A stretch of 64,000 bases of DNA from Alphaproteobacteria bacterium (GTDB lineage: Bacteria > Pseudomonadota > Alphaproteobacteria > Paracaedibacterales > CAITNM01). Positions 40,001-51,500 of the stretch are shown here, one piece after another. Where the stretch lies: NCBI GenBank assembly GCA_037138055.1, contig JBAXJB010000001.1, forward strand, positions 22,300 through 86,299, given 5' to 3'. The notes under the pieces were generated by a model, which had not been told where the DNA came from, made no database searches, and saw only the letters and a list, made by a program, of their open reading frames with translations. Each line of letters opens with the position of its first letter. Within the stretch, counting starts at the first letter, position 1. The position numbers and the translations under genes are program-made.

Positions 40001-41566
40001 GGTGTCAAGCCAATCTATTAAAACTTGCGCATCATGAGCCGCAATTTCAGGACTGTTAAGTTTAAGGTAAAGATCAGAAAAAGTAATAGACGCAGTGATA
40101 TATTTCTTTTTACAAAAATAAGAAAAACGTTCTTGCCACGTTTGTGAGGCTATCCATAATTTTTCTTCAAGGTCTTCAATATTAACGATAATTTTTTCAG
40201 AAGAATTAAAACCAAGAATATATGTCAAGCGAGCAAATGATGTGTCGCCCACATACCCATGGGTAGAAGCTAAAATTCCCCCATATTCTTTGGAAATTAA
40301 TTTTCCAAGCTCTACTCGCAGACTTTCGCTGTACTTATGTTTGGGCAAATATACTAATACCGATAGAGAGCGACCAACTTCATCGGTGCGTGCAAAAACA
40401 GCATTACGATCATACATATTAAGAATGCGTTCAATTAATTCCACTAGTTGTTTTTCTGATAGATAGTAAAATTCATCTAACGGAATGCTATCTATGATAT
40501 TACTCAATAATCTTTCATCATGAGATTTAAGAGAAAATCCAAAAGTTTGATAAACTTTTATGGCTTTATTTTTTAACCACGGAACATCAATAGGAGAAGT
40601 TTTATAAAAATCAGAAGTGAATAGCCCAATAATTTGAACAACGCCTTCAATGGTTCCATTTTGATTAATATCCAGAACTTTAATGGAGTCTATTCTAGAG
40701 CCGCGGTATATAATAGAGCGCGCGTGTTCTTTTTTTATGTGCATTAAGTGCTGTTGAAGAAGCTGACTAGCTGGCTCTTGAAGTTCTATTGTGGGTAAGA
40801 AAAAATCTTCTGAATTGTGAATTTCATCTTCTTTAAATAATCCATATCTATGAGTGGCTTGGTTATCAAACTTAGTATCTTTATCTGAAGAATTTATGGT
40901 TTTATAGTGTCGCAATCCAAGAAATACAAAATGTTCATTATCTAGCCAATTTAAAAAAGCTCCAGCTTGTTCAATATACTCTTCTTTTTGTGCAAGCATT
41001 GCACTTGATATATTTTGAGTCCATTTTTGCATGACAGAAAAATCATCAACCACAAGAGTTAACTTTGAATAAAGCTCCTTTAATGACTCTCTGTAATTGG
41101 CGGGAATTTCTATATCTATAGGAAGAATAACAGCAATTAGTGATTCTGCAGTTGATCCTTCATGGCAGCAAGTTAATCCAGAATCAGATCTCTGCGGAGA
41201 AAATATAGGGTGCACAAGCTCATCAACAACTAATTTATTCGTTGCTAGCCACACTTTTGTGCTGCGCACAACGAAAGATTTGTCAAAACTATGTAAAAAT
41301 AATACTTGAAGTTTGTGTTTTTCAAGCAGGATATGCTTGATATGAAATTCATTTTTAGGTGGAGATTTTCTTAAAATATCAAAAGCTTTTTTAGCAATAT
41401 CAGCCAATATATTTTGTGAAGCCTGTTCACAAAGATTTTCTAAGTACCCAAAACTAACGTGCTGAAAAAAACTACTTACAAATTCTTTAAGTACAAGATT
41501 TTTTTTATCATCTTCTGATAGAATATTACTGATAAATTCTAATTTTTGAATTTCTTTAGAAGACAT
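37025..41566 (-). CDS. gdhB: NAD-specific glutamate dehydrogenase, large (~180 kDa) class
   Basis: 1513 aa. The central catalytic region [28 protein letters not shown]...[12 protein letters not shown]...[13 protein letters not shown] is typical of the Bac_GDH family. Confidence 0.92.
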   Translation of the reverse strand: [1513 protein letters not shown]

Positions 41567-41598
41567 AAAAATTTCTAATTATTTTTCCTTGATTATAC

Positions 41599-42168
41599 CT
41601 AGGATTTGCAAATAAACCTACGGGTATATATGGGCTGATCACTTAGCCATGCTGAAGTTTTTTTATCAACATTCACAGCACCTGCAGCAATGCTGTATTG
41701 CCAAACTAAGCGGTCTTTCCACTCATTGCCAAAATAAACATATTTTTTTTCTCCAAACATCTTATTCAGCAACGCTGCTTTTTTTTCGCCAACTAAATTG
41801 TTATCTAGTGTGCTGCCAAAAGCACCGTCAAAAATATTTAGGAATGCAGAAACTTTATCAGCAATTTCTTGGTCTGACCCTGTCACCAAATAAAGCTTAG
41901 CTCCTTGCTCCTTGAGCTGCTGAATATATTGAAAAATTTCAGGAAAAAATACTAATTTTTTGGGATCAAAAATAATGTTTTTTAAAAGGTTATGTTTTAG
42001 GTGTGTTCTGCCTTTTTTCCACCAAATAAAAAGCTGAAAAAATCTAAAGGGATGGCGCTTTAAAAAGTCCCTCGCACATAACCATAAGCAATCTCCAGAC
42101 CATAAAGTGCCATCTAGGTCAACACAAATAGGAAATTTTGCAAAATCTTGTTCAGAAAAACTATTCAT
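41599..42168 (-). CDS. HAD-superfamily hydrolase
   Basis: 189 aa. Motif I is ICVDLDGTLW (DxDxT) and motif II is LVTGSD. Substrate unknown. Confidence 0.68.
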   Translation of the reverse strand: MNSFSEQDFAKFPICVDLDGTLWSGDCLWLCARDFLKRHPFRFFQLFIWWKKGRTHLKHNLLKNIIFDPKKLVFFPEIFQYIQQLKEQGAKLYLVTGSDQEIADKVSAFLNIFDGAFGSTLDNNLVGEKKAALLNKMFGEKKYVYFGNEWKDRLVWQYSIAAGAVNVDKKTSAWLSDQPIYTRRFICKS

Positions 42169-42358
42169 TGGGATAACTCTATAAAGTGCAAAAAATCATT
42201 AATTTCGCTGATGATAAACTATTTGTTTGACCTAGTCATATCTTTATATGACCATGGTTTGCCAAGCACGAATACAAAACAGCATTAGTATCAAGTTATA
42301 GAGATTTTGTTGTTTTATGTTATAAAAAACTGCAGATACATTTAACGAGTAAAAGCCA

Positions 42359-42928
42359 ATGCCCTTACCAAATAAATCATTTTATTTTATTCGTCACGGT
42401 GAGACTGATTGGAATAAGCGTCATATCATTATGGGAAGCATTGATATCCCTTTGAATGATTTAGGGATAACGCAATCGCAACAAGCTGCTTCAATTCTGA
42501 AAAAAGAAAAATTTGATGCGATTATTTCTAGTCCGAGGATTCGAGCTTTAAAAACAGCTCAAGTCATTGCTGAACAAGTTAAAATCAATAAACCAATTAT
42601 TATTAATACACAGATTACGGAAAGAGAATGGGGTGATGCAGAAGGAAAACCCATTGACCCAACAAAAGGTTTATTTAACGATGAGGATACTCCACATGGA
42701 GCAGAGACATTCAGCGCATTTACAGTGAGAGTTCTTGGAGCTGTATCTTTAATACTTCTTGAGCACAATTGTCCATTGATCGTTTCTCATGGGGGTGTAT
42801 TTAAAGCGCTTGCCGATAGTTTAGGGCATAAAAATCTTCAAGCACTAAATTGCTCACCAATTTTATTTAAGCCAGCTAAAAATTTTTGGAGTGTGCACAA
42901 TTTGGTTAATGAAAGTCTTGATTTTTAA
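42359..42928 (+). CDS. histidine phosphatase family protein (phosphoglycerate mutase-like)
   Basis: 189 aa. Contains FYFIRHGETDWN and the SHGGV motif. Confidence 0.85.
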   Translation: MPLPNKSFYFIRHGETDWNKRHIIMGSIDIPLNDLGITQSQQAASILKKEKFDAIISSPRIRALKTAQVIAEQVKINKPIIINTQITEREWGDAEGKPIDPTKGLFNDEDTPHGAETFSAFTVRVLGAVSLILLEHNCPLIVSHGGVFKALADSLGHKNLQALNCSPILFKPAKNFWSVHNLVNESLDF

Positions 42929-44271
42929 GAAGTATAAGGATTCTTAATGTTCTTCACAATAAACCTGATTGGCACACCAGGTAAGTTAAAGTCATCTCTT
43001 AGCCCATTACTAAGGTACCTAATGTAAGAAGCAGGCAGGTCATCAGCCTTAGTGCAAAATAACGCAAATGTTGGAGGACGTGATTTTACTTGTGTCATGT
43101 ACTTAATGCGAATACGACGACCTGCAACTGCAGGGGTAGGGTGCCTGTCCAACATAAATGGCAGCCACTCATTAAGCTTTGCGGTTGGAATACGCATATT
43201 CCACAATTTATTAAGCTCTAAAACCATATCAAGCATTTGATCAAGATTTTTATGATTCAAAGCAGAAATGGCAACCATTGGAACATCACGCACCTGGGCA
43301 AGTTGATAATTTAATTGATTACGAATATGCTCCATAAGCTCTGGAAGATGATTTATTTTATCAACTTTATTCAGCGCTAAAATTAGTCCGCGACCTTCTT
43401 CAACTACTTGTTGTGCCAACCCAAGATCTTGTTTTTCTAATTGCTCCTCAATAGGAATGGTTGCATCAATTACTAACACAACCATTTCAGCAAATTGTAG
43501 AGTTCTTGTGGCGCTTTGAACTGCTAACTGTTCAACAGCATCTTGTACTTTTGCTTTTCTTCGAATTCCAGCAGTATCAATTAATTCAAATTTCTGACCG
43601 TTATGTTCCCATAATAAACTAACTGAATCTCTGGTTACGCCTGGCATATCTGCGGTAAGCAATCGTTCTTCACCAAAAAGCGCATTAACCAAAGTGGATT
43701 TTCCAACATTGGGCCGACCCATAATTGCTAGCTTCAATGGTCTATCTGTTGCTTCAACCTCTTCTTCAACCGTTAAGTGAGGCTGAATTGCTTCATATAG
43801 TGCATCAATACCTAAATTGTGCTCTGCAGAAACACTTATGACTGTTTGAAAGCCAAGAGCAAACACATCATATTCAGTTATTTGTGCTTTTTTGCTGTCA
43901 TTTTTATTAATTAGCACAATGATGGGCTTGTTTTTTTTGTGTAAAAATTTTGCAATTTCCGCATCAAACGCTGTTATTCCTGCTATTCCATCAACGACAA
44001 AAGCAACCATTTGGGCTTCTTCTATCGCAGCTTCACTCTGTAGCTGCATATTTTTTGATAATTCAGGGTGTGCAGCAGATGTTTCAGGATCGGCAAGTCC
44101 AGGCGTGTCTAATATACGAAAGGGCATGTCGCCATAGTAGGCTTGTCCTTCTTGGAAGTCCCTGGTAACTCCAGGGCGCTCATGCACAATCGCCACTTTT
44201 CTCCCTAGTAGACGATTAAAAAGGCTAGACTTACCTACATTAGGACGGCCTATTAGAGCAAGGGTAAACAT
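42925..44271 (-). CDS. der: ribosome biogenesis GTPase Der (EngA)
   Basis: 448 aa. Two G domains ([24 protein letters not shown]) plus a KH-like C-terminus. Confidence 0.96.
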   Translation of the reverse strand: MFTLALIGRPNVGKSSLFNRLLGRKVAIVHERPGVTRDFQEGQAYYGDMPFRILDTPGLADPETSAAHPELSKNMQLQSEAAIEEAQMVAFVVDGIAGITAFDAEIAKFLHKKNKPIIVLINKNDSKKAQITEYDVFALGFQTVISVSAEHNLGIDALYEAIQPHLTVEEEVEATDRPLKLAIMGRPNVGKSTLVNALFGEERLLTADMPGVTRDSVSLLWEHNGQKFELIDTAGIRRKAKVQDAVEQLAVQSATRTLQFAEMVVLVIDATIPIEEQLEKQDLGLAQQVVEEGRGLILALNKVDKINHLPELMEHIRNQLNYQLAQVRDVPMVAISALNHKNLDQMLDMVLELNKLWNMRIPTAKLNEWLPFMLDRHPTPAVAGRRIRIKYMTQVKSRPPTFALFCTKADDLPASYIRYLSNGLRDDFNLPGVPIRFIVKNIKNPYTS

Positions 44272-44280
44272 AATTTATTT

Positions 44281-45576
44281 CTATCTCCAGGCTTGTAATA
44301 CGCCTGAATCAGTTAAGGTGAAGATTGTTTTATCAGCTGCAATTGGAGAAAGTTGACATGCTGATTCCAAGCTATATGTCGTATCAATTTTTCCATCTGT
44401 AACATTTACAAGCGCCATTTGTTCGCTTGTGCTAACAATAGCTAATTGATTGTTTACAGCAATTGGTCCTGCCCAGGTGATCACTTCTTCACTTTCACGT
44501 TTACGTGGTAAAGACGCTGCCCAACGAACCTGTCCTGTTGATTTTAATAAGCACACCAAGTCATCATTCGTGGTAATTAAGAAAAGAAAATTACCGCTTA
44601 GTACCGGGGTGCGCAATGCACCAATGTCCTTGGTCCATATCTTTTTACCAGTTAACAGTTCATAAGCAGCAATGCGCCCACCATGACTTGCAATATAGAC
44701 GATATTATCTTCAATAATTGGTCGTGCACGAATATGTGCAATGCTTGATACTGTATCAATTCTTAAAGCAGGTGTTATGGTGTCTGACCAAAGCATGCGA
44801 CCGCTTTCAGGGCTTAAACAATAAATTTCTCCTGAAGTTAAAGTAACAACAACTGCTTGTGAGCAAGCAGCAGGGGCGCTTCCACCAAGAAGAGAGCTTG
44901 GTTCAATAATTCCTGCATAATCCCACAATTCATCGCCTGTTTTTGCTTCAAGTGCAAAAATCTCGTTATTCACAGTCACAACAAAAATACGTCCAGCAAA
45001 AATAGTTGGTGCAGCACGAATAGGAGTTTCTAGCTGCTTCGTCCAAATGCTTTTTCCAGTTTGTGCTTCAACACACCAAACTTCACCGAAAGATGTTGTG
45101 ATATATAAATTATTGCCATCAGCGGCAAATCCGCCGCCCATAGTGTTACTATGTCCTTCCTCAGGCGAGGTTGTTAGCTCCCAAACAAGAGAGCCATCCG
45201 CAACTTTCCTAGCTTGTACGTAACCATGTATATCCATCGAGTATACTAAGCCATTGTTAACAACTGGGTGTGTAATCAACCTATGGTAGGTGTCAGATCC
45301 ATCACCAATAGTTTCGGCCCATACTTTTTTTAAGTCATTACTTACTTGCACAGGTTGCACAAGATGTGCAGGATTTCCTCCAACATGATTCCAATCTTTC
45401 AAATCAGCAGCTGCAGGCAGTTGAACCGTCATATTTTCCAAAGCTGGATCTGGCCTTAAAGAATTCCCCACTATAATAAAAGGCTCGCGTTTCCCTTTTA
45501 ATTTTTCTTTTGTTTCACTGCAACCAACTAGAACTAGTAGAGCAATCAAACAGCCTGTTATAGATACGTTTTTCAT
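44281..45576 (-). CDS. bamB: outer-membrane assembly lipoprotein BamB-like (PQQ-type beta-propeller)
   Basis: 431 aa. Lipobox LVLVGC|SE and repeated W-containing propeller blades. Conserved yfgM-bamB-der order. Confidence 0.8.
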   Translation of the reverse strand: MKNVSITGCLIALLVLVGCSETKEKLKGKREPFIIVGNSLRPDPALENMTVQLPAAADLKDWNHVGGNPAHLVQPVQVSNDLKKVWAETIGDGSDTYHRLITHPVVNNGLVYSMDIHGYVQARKVADGSLVWELTTSPEEGHSNTMGGGFAADGNNLYITTSFGEVWCVEAQTGKSIWTKQLETPIRAAPTIFAGRIFVVTVNNEIFALEAKTGDELWDYAGIIEPSSLLGGSAPAACSQAVVVTLTSGEIYCLSPESGRMLWSDTITPALRIDTVSSIAHIRARPIIEDNIVYIASHGGRIAAYELLTGKKIWTKDIGALRTPVLSGNFLFLITTNDDLVCLLKSTGQVRWAASLPRKRESEEVITWAGPIAVNNQLAIVSTSEQMALVNVTDGKIDTTYSLESACQLSPIAADKTIFTLTDSGVLQAWR

Positions 45577-46289
45577 TAGTTCCCTTTTTGAGCTTGCTCT
45601 GCCATTTGGCTGGCTAGATTTTGTGTCATAACTTGAGCACGTGTCTGAAGATCTTTAGGGCATTTTGGATCTTGTGCAATGCTCACAAATATTTCTGCAG
45701 CTTTTGCATGATTATTTTGACGTAGCTCAAGTATTGCCTTCAACTCGAGAGCTAGGTGACGATAAGGCGCTGCTTCTTTTGCGCAAGGCTCTAGCAGTTT
45801 TTCAAGTTTTTTTAATTCTTCCACGTTGTTGTTTTTAAGGCGATCTAAGTGCAAGCTTACATAAAGAACAGTCGCCAGCTCACGGAACATGTGCTCAGTG
45901 CTGCTGCTATCCATCAAATCCTTATAAATTTCTTCTGCCCGATTCAAATCCTTATGGCCAGTTTCCTGACGTAAGATCGCAGCCATATTAAATTTTGCAA
46001 GAGTAGAATATGAACGATGAGAAGATTTTGAAATACCTTCCATAGCTGACAAGGCATCGCCAATATTTTTATTAAACAATAATGTTTGTGCACTCACAAA
46101 CTGTTGAGAAATAATATCGCGCTGCTTAGCTTGGTGATGTTGCCAAAAATTAAATGCTGCTGATAACCCAATAATCACAGCAAAACCAATGACTATAGAC
46201 TTTCCATACTTCTTCCAAAGTTGTTCAAATTTTTCTTGGCGAAGATCACTTTCAACTTCTTGGACGAACTGTTCAAAATTATTTGACAT
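45576..46289 (-). CDS. YfgM-like TPR protein with N-terminal membrane anchor
   Basis: 237 aa. One TM (IVIGFAVIIGLSAAFNFW) followed by TPR-like helices. Its position upstream of bamB is as in many proteobacteria. 1-nt overlap with bamB. Confidence 0.62.
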   Translation of the reverse strand: MSNNFEQFVQEVESDLRQEKFEQLWKKYGKSIVIGFAVIIGLSAAFNFWQHHQAKQRDIISQQFVSAQTLLFNKNIGDALSAMEGISKSSHRSYSTLAKFNMAAILRQETGHKDLNRAEEIYKDLMDSSSTEHMFRELATVLYVSLHLDRLKNNNVEELKKLEKLLEPCAKEAAPYRHLALELKAILELRQNNHAKAAEIFVSIAQDPKCPKDLQTRAQVMTQNLASQMAEQAQKGN

Positions 46290-46366
46290 AAAAATTCTTT
46301 TTGATCTTAAAATTTATTCATAATTGCACTATATACTGTATTGAGAGAACAGCAAATACAGAAGTG

Positions 46367-46903
46367 ATGGCAATTTTACCAGTTTTGGTCACACCAAACC
46401 CTATTTTACGCAGAAAAGCTACGCTTGTGTCTGTTGTAGATGTGCATATCAAAAAATTATTAAAAGATTTAGAAGAAACCATGGTCGCAGAAGATGGCAT
46501 TGGACTTGCTGCTCCTCAGGTCGGAGTTTCAAAGCGAGTTTTAGTTATGGATGTGCCAGCAAACATGACAATTGATGGAGAAGAAATGGAAGGAGTTGAT
46601 GCAGGTCAAAATCTTTATCGAATGGTAAATCCAGAAATTATTTGGGCTAGTGATGAATTGTCCACGTGCCAGGAAGGCTGTCTTTCTGTTCCAGGACAGT
46701 ATGCCTCAGTAACACGCCCAGAAAAAGTGCGTATAAGATACCTAAATGAAAAAGGTATTGTTTGTGAAACAGAATTCAATCATTTACAAGCCGCTTGTGT
46801 TCAACATGAAATGGATCATCTAGACGGTAAGCTTTTTGTAGATTATCTTTCATCAATGAAACGTGAGATGTTGCTTCGCAAAGCCCAGCGTGTAGAACTA
46901 TAG
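46367..46903 (+). CDS. def: peptide deformylase
   Basis: Contains GIGLAAPQVG, EGCLSVPG and QHEMDHLDG. ATG 46367 (MAILPVLV...) is preferred over the track start 46301, which adds a non-conserved 22-aa extension. Confidence 0.93.
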   Translation: MAILPVLVTPNPILRRKATLVSVVDVHIKKLLKDLEETMVAEDGIGLAAPQVGVSKRVLVMDVPANMTIDGEEMEGVDAGQNLYRMVNPEIIWASDELSTCQEGCLSVPGQYASVTRPEKVRIRYLNEKGIVCETEFNHLQAACVQHEMDHLDGKLFVDYLSSMKREMLLRKAQRVEL

Positions 46904-46925
46904 AGATATTTCTCTATAGTTCTAC
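46892..46925. terminator. perfect 14-bp inverted repeat spanning the stop codons of convergent def and infB
   Basis: GTAGAACTATAGAG-atattt-CTCTATAGTTCTAC. The def TAG (46901-46903) lies in the left arm and the infB stop (46922-46924) in the right arm. No flanking T-tracts. Confidence 0.45.
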
Positions 46926-49465
46926 AACTTCCTAGCAATCGACTCGATTTCAAAGCACTCAATAATATCACCTTCGCGAATGTCATTATAGTTTTCAAAG
47001 GCCATACCACATTCAAATGCTTCTTTCACTTCTTTTACTTCGTCTTTGAAGCGTTTAAGTGTTTTTAATGTGCCTTCATGTATTACAATGCTGTCACGCA
47101 ACAAGCGTACCTTTGCGCCACGTTTCACTACGCCTTCGGTTATGTAGCACCCTGCAACTTTACCAATGCCTGTAATGTTAAATACGTTACGTATGGCGGC
47201 ATTTCCAAGATATTTTTCTTTCAATGTTGGCGCTAATAGGCCGCTTAGCATTGTTTTAATATCATCAATTACATCATAAATAATTGAATAATAACGAATG
47301 TCTAAGCCATCTCTTCGTGCAAGGTCTCTGGCTTGTGGATTTGCACGCACGTTAAATCCAACGATAATTCCTCCAGAAGCGCGGGCAAGAGTAACGTCAC
47401 TTTCGTTAATTCCTCCAACACCACCGTGTAAAATTCGTGGGGCCACTTCCGTACCACTTAATTTTTGTAAGCTCGATGTGATCGCTTCTAATGAGCCTTG
47501 AACGTCAGTTTTAATGACAACAGGGAATTCTTTAATATCTCCAGCTGCAATCTGGCTCATGATTGATTCCATGGAAGTCTTTACTCTAGATTTTGCTATT
47601 TGGTCACGTTTTCTATGAGTACGTGATTCTGCAATTTCACGAGCTTTTGCTTCACTTTCAACAACCAAAAATTCATGGCCTGCAGTAGGAACGCCGTTAA
47701 ATCCTAAGACCTCAACAGGAACTGAAGGTCCTGCTTGTTTGATAGGTTTTCCATGATCGTTAACCATTGCACGAACCTTGCCCCATTCAGAGCCTGCTAC
47801 AACAATATCACCGACTTCAAGCGTACCATTTTGAACAAGAAGGGTCACAACCGTGCCGCGGCCGCGATCAACTTTAGCCTCGACTACGGCGCCTAATGCA
47901 CTTCTATTTGGATTAGCTTTTGGCTCAATGACTTCTGCTTGCAAAAGAATAACTTCTTCTAATTTTTCAAGATTCCTAAGCTCTTTCGCTGAAACTTCAA
48001 CGCTCAGGACATCTCCACCAAATTCTTCCAAAATTATGTCGTGGCTTAATAATTCACTGCGGACTCGCTCTGGGTTTGCGTCTGGCTTATCAATTTTGTT
48101 AATGGCAACAACTATTGGCACACCAGCGGCTTTTGCATGGTTAATTGCTTCAATGGTTTGCTCCATGATTCCATCGTCTGCAGCCACAACAAGAACGACA
48201 ACGTCTGTGACGTTTGCTCCTCGAGCGCGCATTTCACTGAAAGCAGCATGACCTGGTGTATCAATAAAGGTGATCTTTTTACCAGATGCCATCGTAACTT
48301 GATATGCACCAATATGCTGAGTTATTCCCCCAGCTTCACCAGCAACTACGTCTGTTTTCCGCAAAGCGTCCAGTAGTGACGTTTTTCCATGATCAACGTG
48401 TCCCATCACAGTCACAATAGGCGCACGGGAAACTAAATCAGCTGCGTTATCTTCTGCTCCCTTAAGTCCAATCTCAATATCTGAATCAGATACACGTTTG
48501 GGAGTATGACCGAATTCAGCGCAGATCAATTCAGCTGTATCAGCGTCAATAATCTGATTAATAGTCACCATCATGCCTAGTTTCATTAATGATTTAACCA
48601 CATCACCAGAACGAACAGCCATACGGTTAGCAAGTTCACCAACTACAATGGTTTCAGGGATAATTACTTCTCGCACTATTTTTTGTGCATCCTGTTGATC
48701 AGCGCCATGTTGCTGACGCATTTTCTTTTGATTCATGCGTTTCATAGCAGCAATAGAGCGTGAACGTTGTTCAGTGTCGTCTGCTAACAATCTAGCCTGA
48801 GTATTCCTGTCTAATTTTTTAGGGGCTTCGCTCAATGTTTTTTTAGCTGGAACCACAACTTTTTTCGGAGCTTCCGCTCTGTAAACAACGGCTTTGCGTT
48901 TTGCTGCTACTGCTTCTTCATCGTCAGCCACCACGAAATCATCTTTTGGTTTTGCTGGATGTTTTGAATCACTTCTTTGTGGAGTTTTTACAAGTTCTCC
49001 AGGTGCTGGTGGTAAAGTGGCAGCCATAAGTTCTAGACTTACAAGCTCAATACGTTTTTGTTCAAGAATTTCTGAATCTTTTGCTGACTCTTCAGGTTCT
49101 TGATTACGGGAACGTCGTTCTTGCTGCCTTGCTTGTTCTTCTAAAGCTGATTTTACTGCCTTTAAACGAGCATCTAGCTCACCATGAGTAAGCCCACGAA
49201 GAGTTTCCGGTAAATTAGCCTCATTCACATTAACAGGTTCTATAGGTTTTTCTACCTGCGATCCTATTTTTTTGCGTTTAACCTCAACGTCCACAGTTTT
49301 TGTGCGGCCGTGTGTAAAGCTTTGTTGCACTTGTCCTTCTGCAGGACGCTTAACCTCAAGTCTTTTTCCTAAGGTAAGTGTTTTTTTCTTAACTAGCGCA
49401 TCACCTTGCTCCGTTGCTTGAGCCTCGGTATTGTTTGCTTGTCCCGTTTGCGACTCCAACGCCAT
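46922..49465 (-). CDS. infB: translation initiation factor IF-2
   Basis: Contains the G domain [19 protein letters not shown] and NKIDK. I prefer ATG 49465 (MALESQ..., 7 nt after the nusA stop) over the GTG at 49498, which overlaps nusA. The start is uncertain. Confidence 0.94.
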   Translation of the reverse strand: MALESQTGQANNTEAQATEQGDALVKKKTLTLGKRLEVKRPAEGQVQQSFTHGRTKTVDVEVKRKKIGSQVEKPIEPVNVNEANLPETLRGLTHGELDARLKAVKSALEEQARQQERRSRNQEPEESAKDSEILEQKRIELVSLELMAATLPPAPGELVKTPQRSDSKHPAKPKDDFVVADDEEAVAAKRKAVVYRAEAPKKVVVPAKKTLSEAPKKLDRNTQARLLADDTEQRSRSIAAMKRMNQKKMRQQHGADQQDAQKIVREVIIPETIVVGELANRMAVRSGDVVKSLMKLGMMVTINQIIDADTAELICAEFGHTPKRVSDSDIEIGLKGAEDNAADLVSRAPIVTVMGHVDHGKTSLLDALRKTDVVAGEAGGITQHIGAYQVTMASGKKITFIDTPGHAAFSEMRARGANVTDVVVLVVAADDGIMEQTIEAINHAKAAGVPIVVAINKIDKPDANPERVRSELLSHDIILEEFGGDVLSVEVSAKELRNLEKLEEVILLQAEVIEPKANPNRSALGAVVEAKVDRGRGTVVTLLVQNGTLEVGDIVVAGSEWGKVRAMVNDHGKPIKQAGPSVPVEVLGFNGVPTAGHEFLVVESEAKAREIAESRTHRKRDQIAKSRVKTSMESIMSQIAAGDIKEFPVVIKTDVQGSLEAITSSLQKLSGTEVAPRILHGGVGGINESDVTLARASGGIIVGFNVRANPQARDLARRDGLDIRYYSIIYDVIDDIKTMLSGLLAPTLKEKYLGNAAIRNVFNITGIGKVAGCYITEGVVKRGAKVRLLRDSIVIHEGTLKTLKRFKDEVKEVKEAFECGMAFENYNDIREGDIIECFEIESIARKL

Positions 49466-49472
49466 ACATATC

Positions 49473-51002
49473 CTATTCTTGGTTAAACCAGTGCTCACGA
49501 GCTTTCATGATGATGGCATTAGCCACTTCAATATCCATAACCCCTGCACCAATAATTTCTTGTAACTCATCTCCAGCAAGCTCCGCTAAATCTTCACGTA
49601 TTTTTACGCTTTTTTCTGCTAGCTTTACCAACATCTGTGATGTTAATCCAAGACCGTACATATCTTCAGCAACGCCAAGTGCATCACACTTCTCTTTCAT
49701 TATGGCATCCAAATTTTCAAGATAAGCCTTGCCTCTAGATTGCAGCTCATTAGCTGTATCTTCATCGATACCTTCGATTCTCAAAAATTCGTCTATATCG
49801 ATAGTTGCGACTTCTTCAATGGTTTCAAAGCCTTCAGAAATTAATAATTGAGCGAACATTTCATCTATATCTAGCGCTTCAATGAATAAATTCATTTTGC
49901 TTTCATTTTCCTGTGCACGACGACTTACGTCGTCGTCTTCAGTAATAATGTCAATTTTCCAGCCTGTAAGCTGTGAAGCTAGGCGTACATTTTGTCCACG
50001 TCTGCCGATAGCCAAACTTAACTGGTCTTCAGCCACAATTACATCTATACGATGTTGGTCTTCATCAATAACAACCCTAGAAATTTCAGCAGGGGCAAGT
50101 GCGTTTACGATAAAAGTGGCTGGATTGTTTGTCCATGTAATAATGTCAACTTTTTCACCTTGCAGTTCGTTCACAATAATCTGCACACGACTGCCGCGCA
50201 TGCCAACGCAAGAACCAACAGGATCTAAGTTTGGGTCAGATGTGTAAACAGCCATTTTTGCACGACTACCTGGATCACGTGCAATAGCTTTAATCTCAAT
50301 AATATTATCATAAATTTCTGGTACTTCTTGTTCAAAAAGTTTAGCCATAAACTTAGGATGTGAGCGCGACAACACAACCATTGGGCCGCGTGAATCAGGT
50401 TTTAAATCGTGAATGATTGCTCGAACTCTGTCACCAACACGGTAGCTTTCTCGAGGAATCAGATCATCCTTACGCAAAATACCCTCGGCTTTTCCAAGGT
50501 CAACGATAACATTTCCAAATTCGACACGTTTAACTAACGCATTTACCACGTCGCCAATACGATTTTTGAATTCTTCATGTTGACGAGCGCGCTCTGCATC
50601 ACGAACCTTTTGAAAAATAATTTGGCGCGCACTTTGTGCTGCAATTCTTCCAAATTCAAGAGGAGGAAGCTCTTCTTCCAAAAGGTCATCAATTTTTGCA
50701 TCAGGATAATCTAGAAGCGCTGTTTCAAGCGTAACTTGATTAATAGGGTCTTCAATCAGCTCCACAACCATCAAGCAACGAACTGTCTGTACATGCCCTG
50801 TTTCACGGTCAATATTGACGCGAATGTCATGTTCCATTCCGTATTTTTGTTTTGCAGTACGCTGCATCGCAAGTTCCATGGCAACAATCACTTCTTCGCG
50901 ATCAATGCCTTTTTCACGTGCAACCACATCAGCCACTTGAATTAATTCATGTCTTGGATGTTGAATTGCGTTTTCCACAGGCTTTAATTTTCTGCTTGCC
51001 AT
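49473..51002 (-). CDS. nusA: transcription termination/antitermination factor NusA
   Basis: 509 aa with S1 and KH domains ([39 protein letters not shown]) and C-terminal acidic repeats. Confidence 0.97.
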   Translation of the reverse strand: MASRKLKPVENAIQHPRHELIQVADVVAREKGIDREEVIVAMELAMQRTAKQKYGMEHDIRVNIDRETGHVQTVRCLMVVELIEDPINQVTLETALLDYPDAKIDDLLEEELPPLEFGRIAAQSARQIIFQKVRDAERARQHEEFKNRIGDVVNALVKRVEFGNVIVDLGKAEGILRKDDLIPRESYRVGDRVRAIIHDLKPDSRGPMVVLSRSHPKFMAKLFEQEVPEIYDNIIEIKAIARDPGSRAKMAVYTSDPNLDPVGSCVGMRGSRVQIIVNELQGEKVDIITWTNNPATFIVNALAPAEISRVVIDEDQHRIDVIVAEDQLSLAIGRRGQNVRLASQLTGWKIDIITEDDDVSRRAQENESKMNLFIEALDIDEMFAQLLISEGFETIEEVATIDIDEFLRIEGIDEDTANELQSRGKAYLENLDAIMKEKCDALGVAEDMYGLGLTSQMLVKLAEKSVKIREDLAELAGDELQEIIGAGVMDIEVANAIIMKAREHWFNQE

Positions 51003-51026
51003 GGTATCCCTATATCAATCTTTCTT

Positions 51027-51500
51027 CTAAATAGAATTAGTCAAATTTGCCTGGCGGATATCGCCATAGCGAATGTCGATACGATCTGATCCACTATCAA
51101 GGGGGTGCTTCAGGTGTAAAGAAATACCTTCATCAGAAGCTTTTTCTAAAAACCCTTGGAAATTCTTACGATTCTCAACAGGCAATATTGTTTTTACCAC
51201 AATTTCTAAGCCAAGGAAACGTTTATAATCTTTTGGCTGTGTAATAGGTCTTTCTGGGCCTGGAGACGATATTTCCAATACATAAGCACCAGAAATAGGA
51301 TCATCTACATTCAAATGAACAGATAAAGTTCTACTTACCTGTGCGCAATCATCTACATTAATTGGTTGCTCGTCCAATTTTTCAATCATAACCTGTAGCG
51401 TTTTGCGCGTCATGCCAGTTATTTGGACGCGCACAATTCCATATCCCATAGGATTAACAATGGAATCAAATTTTTCGTGAAGAGAATCTATTAGTTGCAT
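51027..51500 (-). CDS. rimP: ribosome maturation factor RimP
   Basis: Lies upstream of nusA and contains LEISSPGPERPI. ATG 51500 (MQLIDSL...) is preferred because the track start 51554 overlaps xerD. Confidence 0.86.
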   Translation of the reverse strand: MQLIDSLHEKFDSIVNPMGYGIVRVQITGMTRKTLQVMIEKLDEQPINVDDCAQVSRTLSVHLNVDDPISGAYVLEISSPGPERPITQPKDYKRFLGLEIVVKTILPVENRKNFQGFLEKASDEGISLHLKHPLDSGSDRIDIRYGDIRQANLTNSI

